Shown here: one piece after another, positions 28,571 through 37,733 of the stretch
How the letters are laid out: every line of letters starts with the position of its first letter
How positions within the stretch are numbered: the stretch's first letter is position 1
Assembly (NCBI GenBank): GCA_003647645.1
Contig: QMNG01000001.1
Location: 73,884 to 137,883 of the forward strand
DNA from: a candidate division Kazan bacterium
GTDB taxonomy: Bacteria > Patescibacteriota > Kazan-3B-28
DNA length: 64,000 nucleotides
Direction of reading: 5' to 3'
Position numbers and translations under genes: made by a program
The notes under the pieces: model-generated
Databases searched by the model: none
The model's input: the letters and a program-made list of their open reading frames with translations, nothing else
Told to the model about the DNA's origin: nothing

Positions 28571-29131
28571 CTACGACGTATGTCTTTTGAGTGCCATTTG
28601 AGTAACTTTACCGCTGTTAGAGAAAGTTTGACGCAATTTTGCGGTGGCTTCTTTCAACTCATTGGCATCAATGGTCCAAGCAGGGTGAACAGTCCATTCA
28701 GTCAACCTCAACATAGCCAAAGCTTGTCGAAATTCGCTATAGTACGCAATAATATCATTCAGCAAACCCAATCGTGAACCATATGATTCGACCAACAAAT
28801 CCTTACTTGGTCCATTGTATATATAACTACCAATTACCCAAACTGATATCTTGGCCGAATTTCTATCAGGTTGAACATGTCCTGCCGCAACACGACGAAG
28901 TTGCTTGAAATGTTTAAGAGTAGCAGGTTGTTTCATTTGGTCCGCTAAATATTTGTCAGCAAAATCAGTTAGGTTACATACGCTAATTAACAATTTATCT
29001 AGTACACATCTAAATCCCCAATCCATTTGTTGGGCATTAGAAAGATACTTGATACTCTGTAAAGCATCACCAAGCGAGACAAGTAAAGCCATTTCTTCCC
29101 CCTTGCTAGGTTGTTGCTTTGTGGTTTTCAT
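28571..29131 (-). CDS. Hypothetical protein
   Basis: 186-aa ORF, 4-bp overlap with upstream gene, GAGGA SD. Confidence 0.6.
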   Translation of the reverse strand: MKTTKQQPSKGEEMALLVSLGDALQSIKYLSNAQQMDWGFRCVLDKLLISVCNLTDFADKYLADQMKQPATLKHFKQLRRVAAGHVQPDRNSAKISVWVIGSYIYNGPSKDLLVESYGSRLGLLNDIIAYYSEFRQALAMLRLTEWTVHPAWTIDANELKEATAKLRQTFSNSGKVTQMALKRHTS

Positions 29132-29640
29132 TTCCCATCCTCCTCAAAAGGGAATGTACACCCGTACCATTTCTTAAAAAAAGCATATTTAGTATGCATA
29201 TTATACTGGGATTTGGCCATGATTGTATAAACCATAATCCACCAGTCTAATATTGTAAAACCGAAGATTCCCACAATAACTGACACAATGGCCCACACCC
29301 AGTAACCGTGATAAACCATTAACACCCCAATCAGTACACCGAGAACTCCGGTTGTCCAGTTATGGAATATGGTTAGTTTCAGTGCATTGAAAAAAGAACG
29401 GTTATAAAAATTCCAAAAAATCAACGCCAATACCATACTGAAAATTGTAGGGATGCCCAAAATCCAATACCACGGCATGGGATTGTACAAAGAGTAAATC
29501 AGCAGAACCCAAAAAGCATAGACCATGAAATCACCGGGCGCTTGATACCAAGCTTCGACGGCTATCTTATCATCCATATTAAGGTATTCGTTGTTCAACC
29601 TGTAAATGTTTCGATCACTCATAATAGAATTACTTATCAA
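29128..29640 (-). CDS. Hypothetical membrane protein
   Basis: About 4 TMs, Trp-rich; overlaps both neighbours. Confidence 0.65.
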   Translation of the reverse strand: MISNSIMSDRNIYRLNNEYLNMDDKIAVEAWYQAPGDFMVYAFWVLLIYSLYNPMPWYWILGIPTIFSMVLALIFWNFYNRSFFNALKLTIFHNWTTGVLGVLIGVLMVYHGYWVWAIVSVIVGIFGFTILDWWIMVYTIMAKSQYNMHTKYAFFKKWYGCTFPFEEDGK

Positions 29641-30034
29641 TAAGATTTGGGTCTTGATATCTTTGGTATATCTTGGTAACCATATGGCGCATTCTGAAAA
29701 GATTTATGGCGTCATTGGTAGCATAAAACCATAATATTAGCCCCGGCCACCATGTAATGGTCTCTGAGTAGTTTTGTGCCACAATATACAAAACAAACAG
29801 GATAATCCCTTTAAATACTGCTCCATTAAGAATTTGATACCAACCAACAAATAGAGTGGAGATAATAGTTGGTGCCAGATATGGCCAAAACCCGGGTAGC
29901 AACTTGGCATCTTCATGGCTTAAGGACAGTTCGCGAATTTTACGACGATCATAGTAATACGCCCACGCCGCCCACAGCACGACAATGAGCAACTCAATTC
30001 CTAATACTGTGATAAGACTAGACCAACCTTCCAT
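29630..30034 (-). CDS. Hypothetical membrane protein
   Basis: About 3-4 TMs. Confidence 0.65.
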   Translation of the reverse strand: MEGWSSLITVLGIELLIVVLWAAWAYYYDRRKIRELSLSHEDAKLLPGFWPYLAPTIISTLFVGWYQILNGAVFKGIILFVLYIVAQNYSETITWWPGLILWFYATNDAINLFRMRHMVTKIYQRYQDPNLIDK

Positions 30035-30053
30035 GTTATTTATAGTTTATAAT

Positions 30054-31073
30054 TTATGATTTTATCCCTAGAATCTCTCGATATTTGCTACCGCCAGATG
30101 AATTCATGAATTCTTGAACATCAGCAACAAATGCGTCATTTGTACCTGTTTTTTGCACCTCCTCGATAACCTTCTGGATGTCTTGTTTTTTGCTTAGACA
30201 CGCATTTTCAATATCAGATTTATCCATGTCTGGACTATCTATACCAAATAGTAGTATTTCAAGTTGAATAATAAATTCTAATATTGATTCTTTTTCGTCG
30301 CTCGATAATTCCTCTGCTATTTTTTGTATTTCTGAAACATCAATTGACTTTTCTACAAGAATATAATGTTTAGCATCTAGAAATCCAGCTGTTGCTAAAA
30401 GATCTGTCTCGTTGTTAAACCTGTCCTGATAATTATTTTTTAACTCAAAATAGTATTCGGCTGTACAACGAGCAATAATGGCAAAATTGTCTTCTGTAAT
30501 ACCCAACTGCTCCTTAATCTGCTTATTCAATTCTGCCTCTTCATACAAATTGGGTGAACTTACTTCCAATTTGGCTTTAACTTCTTTACGCCATGAGTTA
30601 ACCAAGTTCCGGAGATATTCTGGCCGATAGTTTCCTTTGCTGTCACTAATCCCATTCTCGTCTATGGTTTCATCCTCAATATTCACCCCAAACAGCTTAG
30701 CTGTTTCAATAGCGACACTGTCTAGGTTGCGGTCATGTGTTTTGCTTATATCTTTTTGCCATTGATGGAACCAACTCATTACATCTGGATATGCTCCGTA
30801 AAACCACAGCGGGAATGCACGAGCTCTGTTGTGCCTAAAATGTTTTTCAATAGATAATGTTCTGTGTCCAGAAGTATTCTTTTTAACAAACATTTCTCGC
30901 AATGATGGCATACCGTCTCGTACCAAATACTCATAATTAGATATAAAAGCTTGGGGATCAATTTTATCCGCTACCAACATATCTATAATTTGTTCAACAT
31001 TTTCCTCTAAAGTTATTGGCGCGCCCTCTGTTGCAGCCATAGAAAACATATCCTGCCAAATTTTTCTAATCAT
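30054..31073 (-). CDS. Hypothetical acidic soluble protein
   Basis: 339-aa AT-rich ORF immediately downstream of tRNA-Trp. Confidence 0.7.
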   Translation of the reverse strand: MIRKIWQDMFSMAATEGAPITLEENVEQIIDMLVADKIDPQAFISNYEYLVRDGMPSLREMFVKKNTSGHRTLSIEKHFRHNRARAFPLWFYGAYPDVMSWFHQWQKDISKTHDRNLDSVAIETAKLFGVNIEDETIDENGISDSKGNYRPEYLRNLVNSWRKEVKAKLEVSSPNLYEEAELNKQIKEQLGITEDNFAIIARCTAEYYFELKNNYQDRFNNETDLLATAGFLDAKHYILVEKSIDVSEIQKIAEELSSDEKESILEFIIQLEILLFGIDSPDMDKSDIENACLSKKQDIQKVIEEVQKTGTNDAFVADVQEFMNSSGGSKYREILGIKS

Positions 31074-31119
31074 AATCCTATTATTTTAGGGGGATGGGAC
31101 GAAAAACACCATCCCTTGG

Positions 31120-31193
31120 TGGCAGGGGTAGAGGGAATCGAACCCCCGTAACTGGTTTTGGAGACCAGTGCTCTACCACTGAGCTATACCCCT
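31120..31193 (-). tRNA. tRNA-Trp(CCA)
   Basis: Reverse complement AGGGGTATAGCTCAGTGGTAGAGCACTGGTCTCCAAAACCAG...GGTTCGATTCCCTCTACCCCTGCCA. Confidence 0.96.
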
Positions 31194-31275
31194 AAATGTT
31201 CAAATCCTAAACAGAATACCTTAACTTGCTTATTATATCAAAAATTCCGCTCTCAATAAGCGGAAAATACACCAA

Positions 31276-31301
31276 GATTCTGAAACTAGTTCAGAATGAC
31301 A
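31276..31301. repeat. REP-like palindromic repeat, copy 2 of 3
   Basis: GATTCTGAAACTAGTTCAGAATGACA. Confidence 0.8.
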
Positions 31302-31332
31302 TAGGAATAAATAGCATATACTATGCTAGATA

Positions 31333-31521
31333 CTACTTGGTTTCTTTATGTAGTGTCCGCTTGTGGCAGATCGGACAGAATTTTTTAAACGCCAACCTGT
31401 CCGGCGTATTAGTCGGATTCTTGCGAGTGGAATAGTAAGCTCTCTTGCACTCTTCGCACATCAATTTAATGATTGGGCGCTTAACTTTTCCTTTTCCGCT
31501 TTTTTTCTTTTTATCTGCCAT
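31333..31521 (-). CDS. rpmG: 50S ribosomal protein L33
   Basis: LMCEECK..YYSTRKN...RL.FKKFCPIC...TLHKE. Confidence 0.93.
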   Translation of the reverse strand: MADKKKKSGKGKVKRPIIKLMCEECKRAYYSTRKNPTNTPDRLAFKKFCPICHKRTLHKETK

Positions 31522-31538
31522 AACTTCCTGTAGTTATA

Positions 31539-31564
31539 GATTCTGAAACAAGTTCAGAATGACA
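31539..31564. repeat. REP-like palindromic repeat, copy 3 of 3
   Basis: GATTCTGAAACAAGTTCAGAATGACA. Confidence 0.8.
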
Positions 31565-31572
31565 ATATTAGG

Positions 31573-32268
31573 TTAGACTTTTTTCACCTGAAGAAAGTCT
31601 AGCTCAACTGGTGTTTCGCGGCCGAAGATGGAAACCAAAACTTTAATCTTGCCCCGTTCCTCATCAACCTCGGATACTGTGCCGTTATAACTTTTGAATG
31701 GGCCATCGTTAATATGAACCAAATCCCCGCTTTTGAGATCAATTTTATACTTGGGCTCCTCGATGGCCATACGTTTAAGAATAGTTTGGATTTCGGCTTG
31801 GCTGACAGGCACAGGCACAGTCCCCGAACCAATGAAGCCGGTAACATTGGGCGTGTTACGCACTACATACCAAGAATCCTCTGTTACATTCATATTTACC
31901 AAGACGTAGCCCGGAAATATCTTCTTTTCAACCGTCCGCCGCTTTCCACTGCGAATTTCAATCTGGTTTTCTTTAGGAACAAGAACGCCAAAAATTTTAT
32001 CCTGCATATCAAGCGAATCAATCCGTTGTTTCAAACTCTCGGCTACAGCATCTTCATAACCAGAATAGGTGTGCAAAACGTACCACTCACCCGGCCATTT
32101 CTCGTATTGAGGGCGGGGAACTTCTGGAACCTTATCCTTATCCTCATCAGTTTGAGATTCAGCTTTGTCAACAGAAGTCGTCTGACTGCCATCAGGAACT
32201 GGTACGGCATCAGCCTGAGGAGCAGTTGATTCGTTTTCGGCTTCCGGTTCTTTTTTATCTTCGTTCAT
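31573..32268 (-). CDS. nusG: Transcription factor NusG
   Basis: WYVLHTYSGYE, FPGYVLV, VRNTPNVTGF, FGRETPVEL; acidic N-terminal extension. Confidence 0.96.
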   Translation of the reverse strand: MNEDKKEPEAENESTAPQADAVPVPDGSQTTSVDKAESQTDEDKDKVPEVPRPQYEKWPGEWYVLHTYSGYEDAVAESLKQRIDSLDMQDKIFGVLVPKENQIEIRSGKRRTVEKKIFPGYVLVNMNVTEDSWYVVRNTPNVTGFIGSGTVPVPVSQAEIQTILKRMAIEEPKYKIDLKSGDLVHINDGPFKSYNGTVSEVDEERGKIKVLVSIFGRETPVELDFLQVKKV

Positions 32269-32270
32269 AA

Positions 32271-32561
32271 TTATTCTGTTTCTACCTGAATGTTGTCTTC
32301 TGGAGTTTCAACTTCAATGTTGTCGACATCGAGATCTATGGGCTCTGCGGTAATACCTGATGATGAAGTAGCCGGGGCAAAATTTGTGAGCAGCTTAATC
32401 CCCTCTGTAAAAACATAGTCAACGCTGGCTATAAAAACGGCAAATACCAACGAAACACCGATGACAGTTAGTGTTAAATTGATGACCGTTTTCCTGTCTG
32501 GCCAGCTGACTTTGGCTAATTCGGTCCTAGCTTCTTGAATGAATTTTATAATCGCTTTCAT
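32271..32561 (-). CDS. secE: Preprotein translocase SecE
   Basis: ELAKVSWP plus single TM; start at MKAIIKF. Confidence 0.9.
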   Translation of the reverse strand: MKAIIKFIQEARTELAKVSWPDRKTVINLTLTVIGVSLVFAVFIASVDYVFTEGIKLLTNFAPATSSSGITAEPIDLDVDNIEVETPEDNIQVETE

Positions 32562-32586
32562 TGATTCCTGATTTCTAATTCCAATT

Positions 32587-32997
32587 TTATCGTTTTGAGA
32601 ATTGCGGTGCCCGGCGAGCGCGCTTAAGCCCTGGTTTTTTACGCTCCTTAACTCGGGCATCCCTAGTAATAAATCCAGCTTTTTTAAGTGACGGTTTTAG
32701 ATTAACATCAAAAGCTACTAGCGCCCGAGTAATGCCATGGCGGATGGCGTCCGCCTGGGCCATCATTCCCCCGCCAGACACCCGGACTGATACGTCAAAA
32801 TCTTTGGCCATACCCACCAATTCCAGCGGCTTTATCACCTCATTAATTAAATACTTGGGACTAAAGTAATAATCCCCTTTTTTGTCATTGATTATAACCT
32901 TGCCGCCCTTGCCTTTATACAAACGAACCTGCGCCACCGCCGATTTGCGTCGGCCGGTTCCATAGAAATATTGTCCTGTAAATGTATTTTCCACCAT
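32587..32997 (-). CDS. rpsI: 30S ribosomal protein S9
   Basis: [10 protein letters not shown]...[19 protein letters not shown]. Confidence 0.97.
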   Translation of the reverse strand: MVENTFTGQYFYGTGRRKSAVAQVRLYKGKGGKVIINDKKGDYYFSPKYLINEVIKPLELVGMAKDFDVSVRVSGGGMMAQADAIRHGITRALVAFDVNLKPSLKKAGFITRDARVKERKKPGLKRARRAPQFSKR

Positions 32998-33006
32998 TTG
33001 AAATTT

Positions 33007-33453
33007 TTAATTCTTAATTTTTAACTCTACCGGGTTCTGGCCAGTATGCGGATGTTTGTCTCCCACAAATACCTTCAGGCGTTTAAGCATCACTTGGCGC
33101 AGTTTATTTTTGGGCAACATGCCTGTAACTGCATGAATCAGTACACGGGCAGGGCTGGAGCTTCCAAGCACATCCTGAGGAGTTTTCACCTTTGTCCCGC
33201 CTGGATATCCGCTATGATGATAGTATTTCTTGTCTTCTAATTTCTTCCCGCTGAACTTAATTTTCTCCGCGTTAATTACCACCACATTGGTTCTGGCATC
33301 AACAGCCGGATTAAATTGGGGTTGATCCTTTCCCATTAACAGTTTGGCGATGGTGGTGGCCATCTTACCAACTATCTGTCCATCGGCATTTACCAGAAAC
33401 CAGCGTTCTGTGAGTTGATGTGATGGAATATGTGGTGTCATTTTTTGGCTCAT
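33007..33453 (-). CDS. rplM: 50S ribosomal protein L13
   Basis: VVVINAEKI, YYHHSGYPGG, GMLPKN. Confidence 0.95.
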   Translation of the reverse strand: MSQKMTPHIPSHQLTERWFLVNADGQIVGKMATTIAKLLMGKDQPQFNPAVDARTNVVVINAEKIKFSGKKLEDKKYYHHSGYPGGTKVKTPQDVLGSSSPARVLIHAVTGMLPKNKLRQVMLKRLKVFVGDKHPHTGQNPVELKIKN

Positions 33454-33487
33454 GAGCTTATTGACTATTAGTCTATTTACCCGATAT

Positions 33488-33841
33488 TTATACAAATTCG
33501 ATTATACTAACCGGAGCAGCATCGCCGGCCCGATAACCCTTTTTTAGTACCCGAACATAGCCGCCGGCTCTGTCTTTATAACGCGGTCCCAAAACTTTAA
33601 TCATTTTTTTGACGACGATCTGGTTGTTATAAAGGTGTTTCATTAGCCGCTGTTTATCAGCCAGTGTGCCGCGCTTAGCATAAGTCATAATTTTCTCTAT
33701 TTTGGGCTTTAGAGCCTTGGCTTTAGCCTGAGTGGTTTCTATCTTTTCATATAAAATCAGGGAAGTTAAAAGATTTCGCATCAGGGCAACGCGGTGCTTC
33801 TTGATTCTGCCTAGTTTTGTCCCCGACACTTTATGCTTCAT
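33488..33841 (-). CDS. rplQ: 50S ribosomal protein L17
   Basis: HRVALMRNL, IETTQAKAK, GGYVRV, RAGDAA. Confidence 0.96.
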   Translation of the reverse strand: MKHKVSGTKLGRIKKHRVALMRNLLTSLILYEKIETTQAKAKALKPKIEKIMTYAKRGTLADKQRLMKHLYNNQIVVKKMIKVLGPRYKDRAGGYVRVLKKGYRAGDAAPVSIIEFV

Positions 33842-34785
33842 TATTTACCTTCCCTACTCTTTTTGAATTTCAAACCTAATTCGTTGAGCTTTGAGGTAAT
33901 TTCATCCAAAGCTTTAGCTCCCAACCCTTTAAGTTCCTGCAACTCAGCCGGATCGATTGACAGAATATCTCCGACTTTTTTAATACCGTTGTTTTTTAGG
34001 GCGTTGGCAGTCCGAACCGAAAGATTTATTTCTTCAATATCGAAGTCCTTGGCATCGCCTTCAGCTACTTTGTCGGCCTTTGGCTCCACTGTAATCTCAC
34101 TGGGGGTAGCTCCAAAAATGCCAAGCTGGTCAACTAGAATCTGGGCGCTCTGCTTAAGCGCCTCTTCTGGGGTAATAGTTCCGTCGGTCAGGATGTCAAT
34201 AGTGAGTTTGTCATAGTTAACCACCTCACCCACACGAGTTGGCTCAACAGTAAAGGCAACTTTTTGAACCGGTGAAAATGACGCATCTACAGCAATGGTG
34301 CTAATGGAAAAGTTCTTATCATCCATCTCAGAACTGGGCATGTAACCGCGGCCCTTATCGACCTGAATCTCCATAGCTAGGCCGGCTTTGGCATCAGAAA
34401 CATGGGCAATTTCGATATCGGGATTCATCAGCTCGACCGAACTCGGCAGAGTAATGTGTGAAGCCTTCACCACCCCACTCTTACTGACCTTCAATTTAAG
34501 AGTAACGGGGCCTTCCTCATGTAGTTTAAACCGCAGCTTTTTTAGATTAAGAATAATCTGAACAGCGTCTTCCTTGACACCCGGCACGGGCGAAAATTCG
34601 TGATCAACACCATTAATTTTGACTGCTATTACAGCAGCTCCGGGCAGTGAGCTGAGCAAAACCCGCCGCAGAGCGTTGCCAATGGTGGTACCATAACCCG
34701 GGAAAAATGGTTCGACCACAAACACCGAGCGGTTGATGGCCTTTTCTTCCAGTTTGATATTTGGAATATTTATTGCTTCAGTCAT
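33841..34785 (-). CDS. rpoA: RNA polymerase alpha subunit
   Basis: GYGTTIGNALRRVLLSSLPG, HEFS, LSVRTANAL. Confidence 0.97.
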   Translation of the reverse strand: MTEAINIPNIKLEEKAINRSVFVVEPFFPGYGTTIGNALRRVLLSSLPGAAVIAVKINGVDHEFSPVPGVKEDAVQIILNLKKLRFKLHEEGPVTLKLKVSKSGVVKASHITLPSSVELMNPDIEIAHVSDAKAGLAMEIQVDKGRGYMPSSEMDDKNFSISTIAVDASFSPVQKVAFTVEPTRVGEVVNYDKLTIDILTDGTITPEEALKQSAQILVDQLGIFGATPSEITVEPKADKVAEGDAKDFDIEEINLSVRTANALKNNGIKKVGDILSIDPAELQELKGLGAKALDEITSKLNELGLKFKKSREGK

Positions 34786-34807
34786 AAATAACTCCCCAAA
34801 TTTAATA

Positions 34808-35434
34808 TTATTTAGAATAAAACTCGACTATTAATTTCTCATTGAAGGGCACCTCTATCTCATCGCGGGTCGGCAGACTGACTACCTCAATGGACATTTT
34901 CTTGACATCGACCTTGAGCCAGCTGACTGGCTTATTACCAGACGCGGTGTCCTGCAGATGTTTGGTTAGCGCCTGGCTGCGGCCAGCAATTGCAACAACG
35001 TCGCCTGCTTTAACTAGAATTGAGGGAATATTCACTCGCCGACCGTTCAACATAAAATGACCATGCGAGATCAGCTGACGAGCAGCTATGTGGGAATCGG
35101 TGAAACCAGCTCGATAAATAACATTATCAAGCCGGCGCTCGAGTGTAACCAACAGCGCTACATCCGTAGATATTGAACTATTGGCCGCCCTGTCGTAGTA
35201 TTTGCGCAACTGTCTTTCAACTAGGTGGTAGAAAACCCTGGCTTTCTGCTTCTCCCTCAGCTGCTGCCCGTAGCCGGTTAACTTGGAAAAAACTTTTTTG
35301 TAGCCATGCATCCCCGGAGGCTGTTTGCGATGTAACTTGGCATATTTAGATGCCAGAGCTCTGTCGCCACTAACAGCGAACTCCTCACCGAGGGCTCGAA
35401 CTTGTTTCATCTTTGGTCCTGTATATCTACTCAC
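34808..35434 (-). CDS. rpsD: 30S ribosomal protein S4
   Basis: RYTGP, QLREKQK, LERRLDNVIYR, LIVEFYSK. Confidence 0.96.
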   Translation of the reverse strand: MSRYTGPKMKQVRALGEEFAVSGDRALASKYAKLHRKQPPGMHGYKKVFSKLTGYGQQLREKQKARVFYHLVERQLRKYYDRAANSSISTDVALLVTLERRLDNVIYRAGFTDSHIAARQLISHGHFMLNGRRVNIPSILVKAGDVVAIAGRSQALTKHLQDTASGNKPVSWLKVDVKKMSIEVVSLPTRDEIEVPFNEKLIVEFYSK

Positions 35435-35512
35435 AAGTTTAATTAAGAATTAAGAATGTAGAATTTAGAATGATAGTTTTGGCTGCTGTTATTCGCTGGT
35501 TATTATTATTTT

Positions 35513-35977
35513 TTAGACCCTTCTGGGACGGCGGGCCCTGGGTCCATTATGAGGAATCGGCGTAACATCTTTAATGGCCAGCACTTCCATATTACTATTG
35601 GCCAGTGAGCGGATGGCAGAATCTCGGCCAGTTCCAACTCCAGCTACAAAGATACTTATTTTGCGCATACCAAAACTATCAGCCTTGGCTGCAGCCGTGG
35701 CTGCGGCTCTGGAAGCAGCAAAAGAAGTGGACTTTTTTGAACCTCTAAAACCTTGGGCACCGGCGGAAGCGGTGGCCAGAACGTCACCTTTGTTGTTTGT
35801 AATAGTGATAATTGTGTTGTTAAATGTCGATTTAATGTAAGCGCGGCCCTCTTCAACAACTCGCTTCCTCCTGGCGGTTTTAGGCTTGGCCGCCACACGA
35901 CTAGCATAGGCCTGCCTTTTCTGTTCAGCCTTTTTCCCTTTTTCTGCCTTTTTTTGTAATCTTTTTTTTCTACTCAC
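35513..35977 (-). CDS. rpsK: 30S ribosomal protein S11
   Basis: STFNNTIIT, GSKKST, DVTPIPHNG; basic N-terminal extension. Confidence 0.96.
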   Translation of the reverse strand: MSRKKRLQKKAEKGKKAEQKRQAYASRVAAKPKTARRKRVVEEGRAYIKSTFNNTIITITNNKGDVLATASAGAQGFRGSKKSTSFAASRAAATAAAKADSFGMRKISIFVAGVGTGRDSAIRSLANSNMEVLAIKDVTPIPHNGPRARRPRRV

Positions 35978-36060
35978 AAATCTAATTAAGAATTAAGAAT
36001 GTAGAATGATGGTTTTGGCTAATACCATTTGGCATTGTTCATTATTCATTCGTCATTAAC

Positions 36061-36441
36061 TTATGTTTTGTCTGTCGCCTTTTTACGGCCACTGCCCATA
36101 GTCACTCGCTTGCCCCGTTTGGTACGGGCATTAGTTTTGGTCCGTTGGCCACGGACCGGCAACTTCTTGGAGTGACGGCTGCCGCGGTAGCTGCCAATAT
36201 CCTTGAGCCGTCTGATATTCATTGAAATGTCACGCTTCAAGTCGCCTTCTATCATCATTTTGTCGATGATTGTCCTAAGCTTGCTTTCATCAGCTTCAGT
36301 AATGTCTTTGGTACGGGTACTGGGATCTATTTGAGTTTGTTTCAGAATCTTATTGCTCTGACTTCGGCCGATGCCAAAAATAGCTGTGAGAGCAATCTCA
36401 ATACGTTTTTTGTCATCCAAGTTGACTCCTGCAATTCTCAT
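36061..36441 (-). CDS. rpsM: 30S ribosomal protein S13
   Basis: [19 protein letters not shown]. Confidence 0.97.
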   Translation of the reverse strand: MRIAGVNLDDKKRIEIALTAIFGIGRSQSNKILKQTQIDPSTRTKDITEADESKLRTIIDKMMIEGDLKRDISMNIRRLKDIGSYRGSRHSKKLPVRGQRTKTNARTKRGKRVTMGSGRKKATDKT

Positions 36442-36466
36442 AAACGAATCTGTGGTTTAACTGGGT

Positions 36467-36580
36467 TCATCCCTGCCTTTGTTTATGGCGTTTGTTTTCA
36501 CATTTAATAATTACTTTGCCTTGGCGTCTAATAACTCGGCAATTCTTGCACATTTTTTTTACAGAGGCGCGTACTTTCAT
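36467..36580 (-). CDS. rpmJ: 50S ribosomal protein L36 (not in ORF track)
   Basis: Manual translation [37 protein letters not shown]. Confidence 0.95.
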   Translation of the reverse strand: MKVRASVKKMCKNCRVIRRQGKVIIKCENKRHKQRQG

Positions 36581-36672
36581 CTCAGTTAGAAATTTTTGCT
36601 ATGTATATTATTTACCATACCGTTCGTTCTATCCGTTAGCCCGTTTTCATGCACCTTTAACGGGACAAGCGA

Positions 36673-36918
36673 TTATTTACGTCTAGATGACTTGTGAATA
36701 TTTTTCTGCCGATAAGTTATACGTCCCCGCTCAATATCATACGGGCTCATTTCAACCGTCACTTTATCCCCCGGCAAGATTTTAATATAATGCATCCGCA
36801 TTTTGCCTGATATATGGGCTAAAATAACGTGTCCTCCTTCAATCTCCACCCGGAAGGTGGCGTTGGGGAGGGCCTCAATGACAGTTCCCTCTAATTCAAT
36901 TACCTGTTTGTCAGACAT
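36673..36918 (-). CDS. infA: Translation initiation factor IF-1
   Basis: [25 protein letters not shown]. Confidence 0.97.
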   Translation of the reverse strand: MSDKQVIELEGTVIEALPNATFRVEIEGGHVILAHISGKMRMHYIKILPGDKVTVEMSPYDIERGRITYRQKNIHKSSRRK

Positions 36919-36968
36919 ATTTTTACCTTGCTATTATTATCCCATTACTTATAAAAGTCAACAAGATT

Positions 36969-37727
36969 TTAGCTTCCAACCAGCTTTTCTATCGGGGTAA
37001 TAATTTCGTAGCCAGTTTCTGTTATTAAGACGGTGTGCTCAAATTGAGCAGCCAGCTTGCCATCTTTGGTAGAGACATTCCAGCCATTGTCGCCCGTTAA
37101 AATCTCGCTTGAGCCCAAACCAACAATCGGTTCGATGGCAATAGCCATGTTTGGCACCAGTTTCATCCCCTGTGAGGGATTGGAAAAATTGGGAATAATT
37201 GGTTCTTGGTGCAAACGAGCCCCGACGCCGTGACCGGTAAATTGGCGGAAAGTTGTCAATCGGTTGGCTTTCAGTGTTCTATCTATGGCAGCTGAAATAT
37301 CGTTAACATGATTGCCAGGACGGGCTTGGTCGGTGCCGGCCAACAGAGCCGCGTAAGTCCCACGCAATAATCTCCTGGCCTCCGGACTTACCTTGCCGAC
37401 ACAGAAAGTAACAGCTGCATCCGTATGCAATCCCTTATAAAATAAACCAAAATCAACTGTAATAATATCGCCCTCTTTCAATATTCTGTCATCAGGAATG
37501 CAGTGAACTACCTGCTCATTGACCGACAAACACGTGGCAGCAGGATAACCCTGATAACCTTTAAACGATGGGATACCCCCTTGCTTTTTGGTTTCTGCCT
37601 GAGCCACCTCCTCTAATCTTACGAGCGATACGCCCGGCCTGACTTCTCTTTTTATTGCAGCCAATATTTCGACCAGTTTTCTGCCGCCTTCTCTCATATT
37701 TTCAATATCAGTTTTGGAAAGTTGCAT
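36969..37727 (-). CDS. map: Methionine aminopeptidase type I
   Basis: SVNEQVVHCIP, GHGVG..LHQEP, AQFEHT. Confidence 0.95.
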   Translation of the reverse strand: MQLSKTDIENMREGGRKLVEILAAIKREVRPGVSLVRLEEVAQAETKKQGGIPSFKGYQGYPAATCLSVNEQVVHCIPDDRILKEGDIITVDFGLFYKGLHTDAAVTFCVGKVSPEARRLLRGTYAALLAGTDQARPGNHVNDISAAIDRTLKANRLTTFRQFTGHGVGARLHQEPIIPNFSNPSQGMKLVPNMAIAIEPIVGLGSSEILTGDNGWNVSTKDGKLAAQFEHTVLITETGYEIITPIEKLVGS

Positions 37728-37733
37728 AATTAT

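Noticed and set aside
19080-31073. Prophage or classical integron
   Set aside because: No integrase, structural or replication genes; junction motifs lack the RYYYAAC...GTTRRRY attC pattern.
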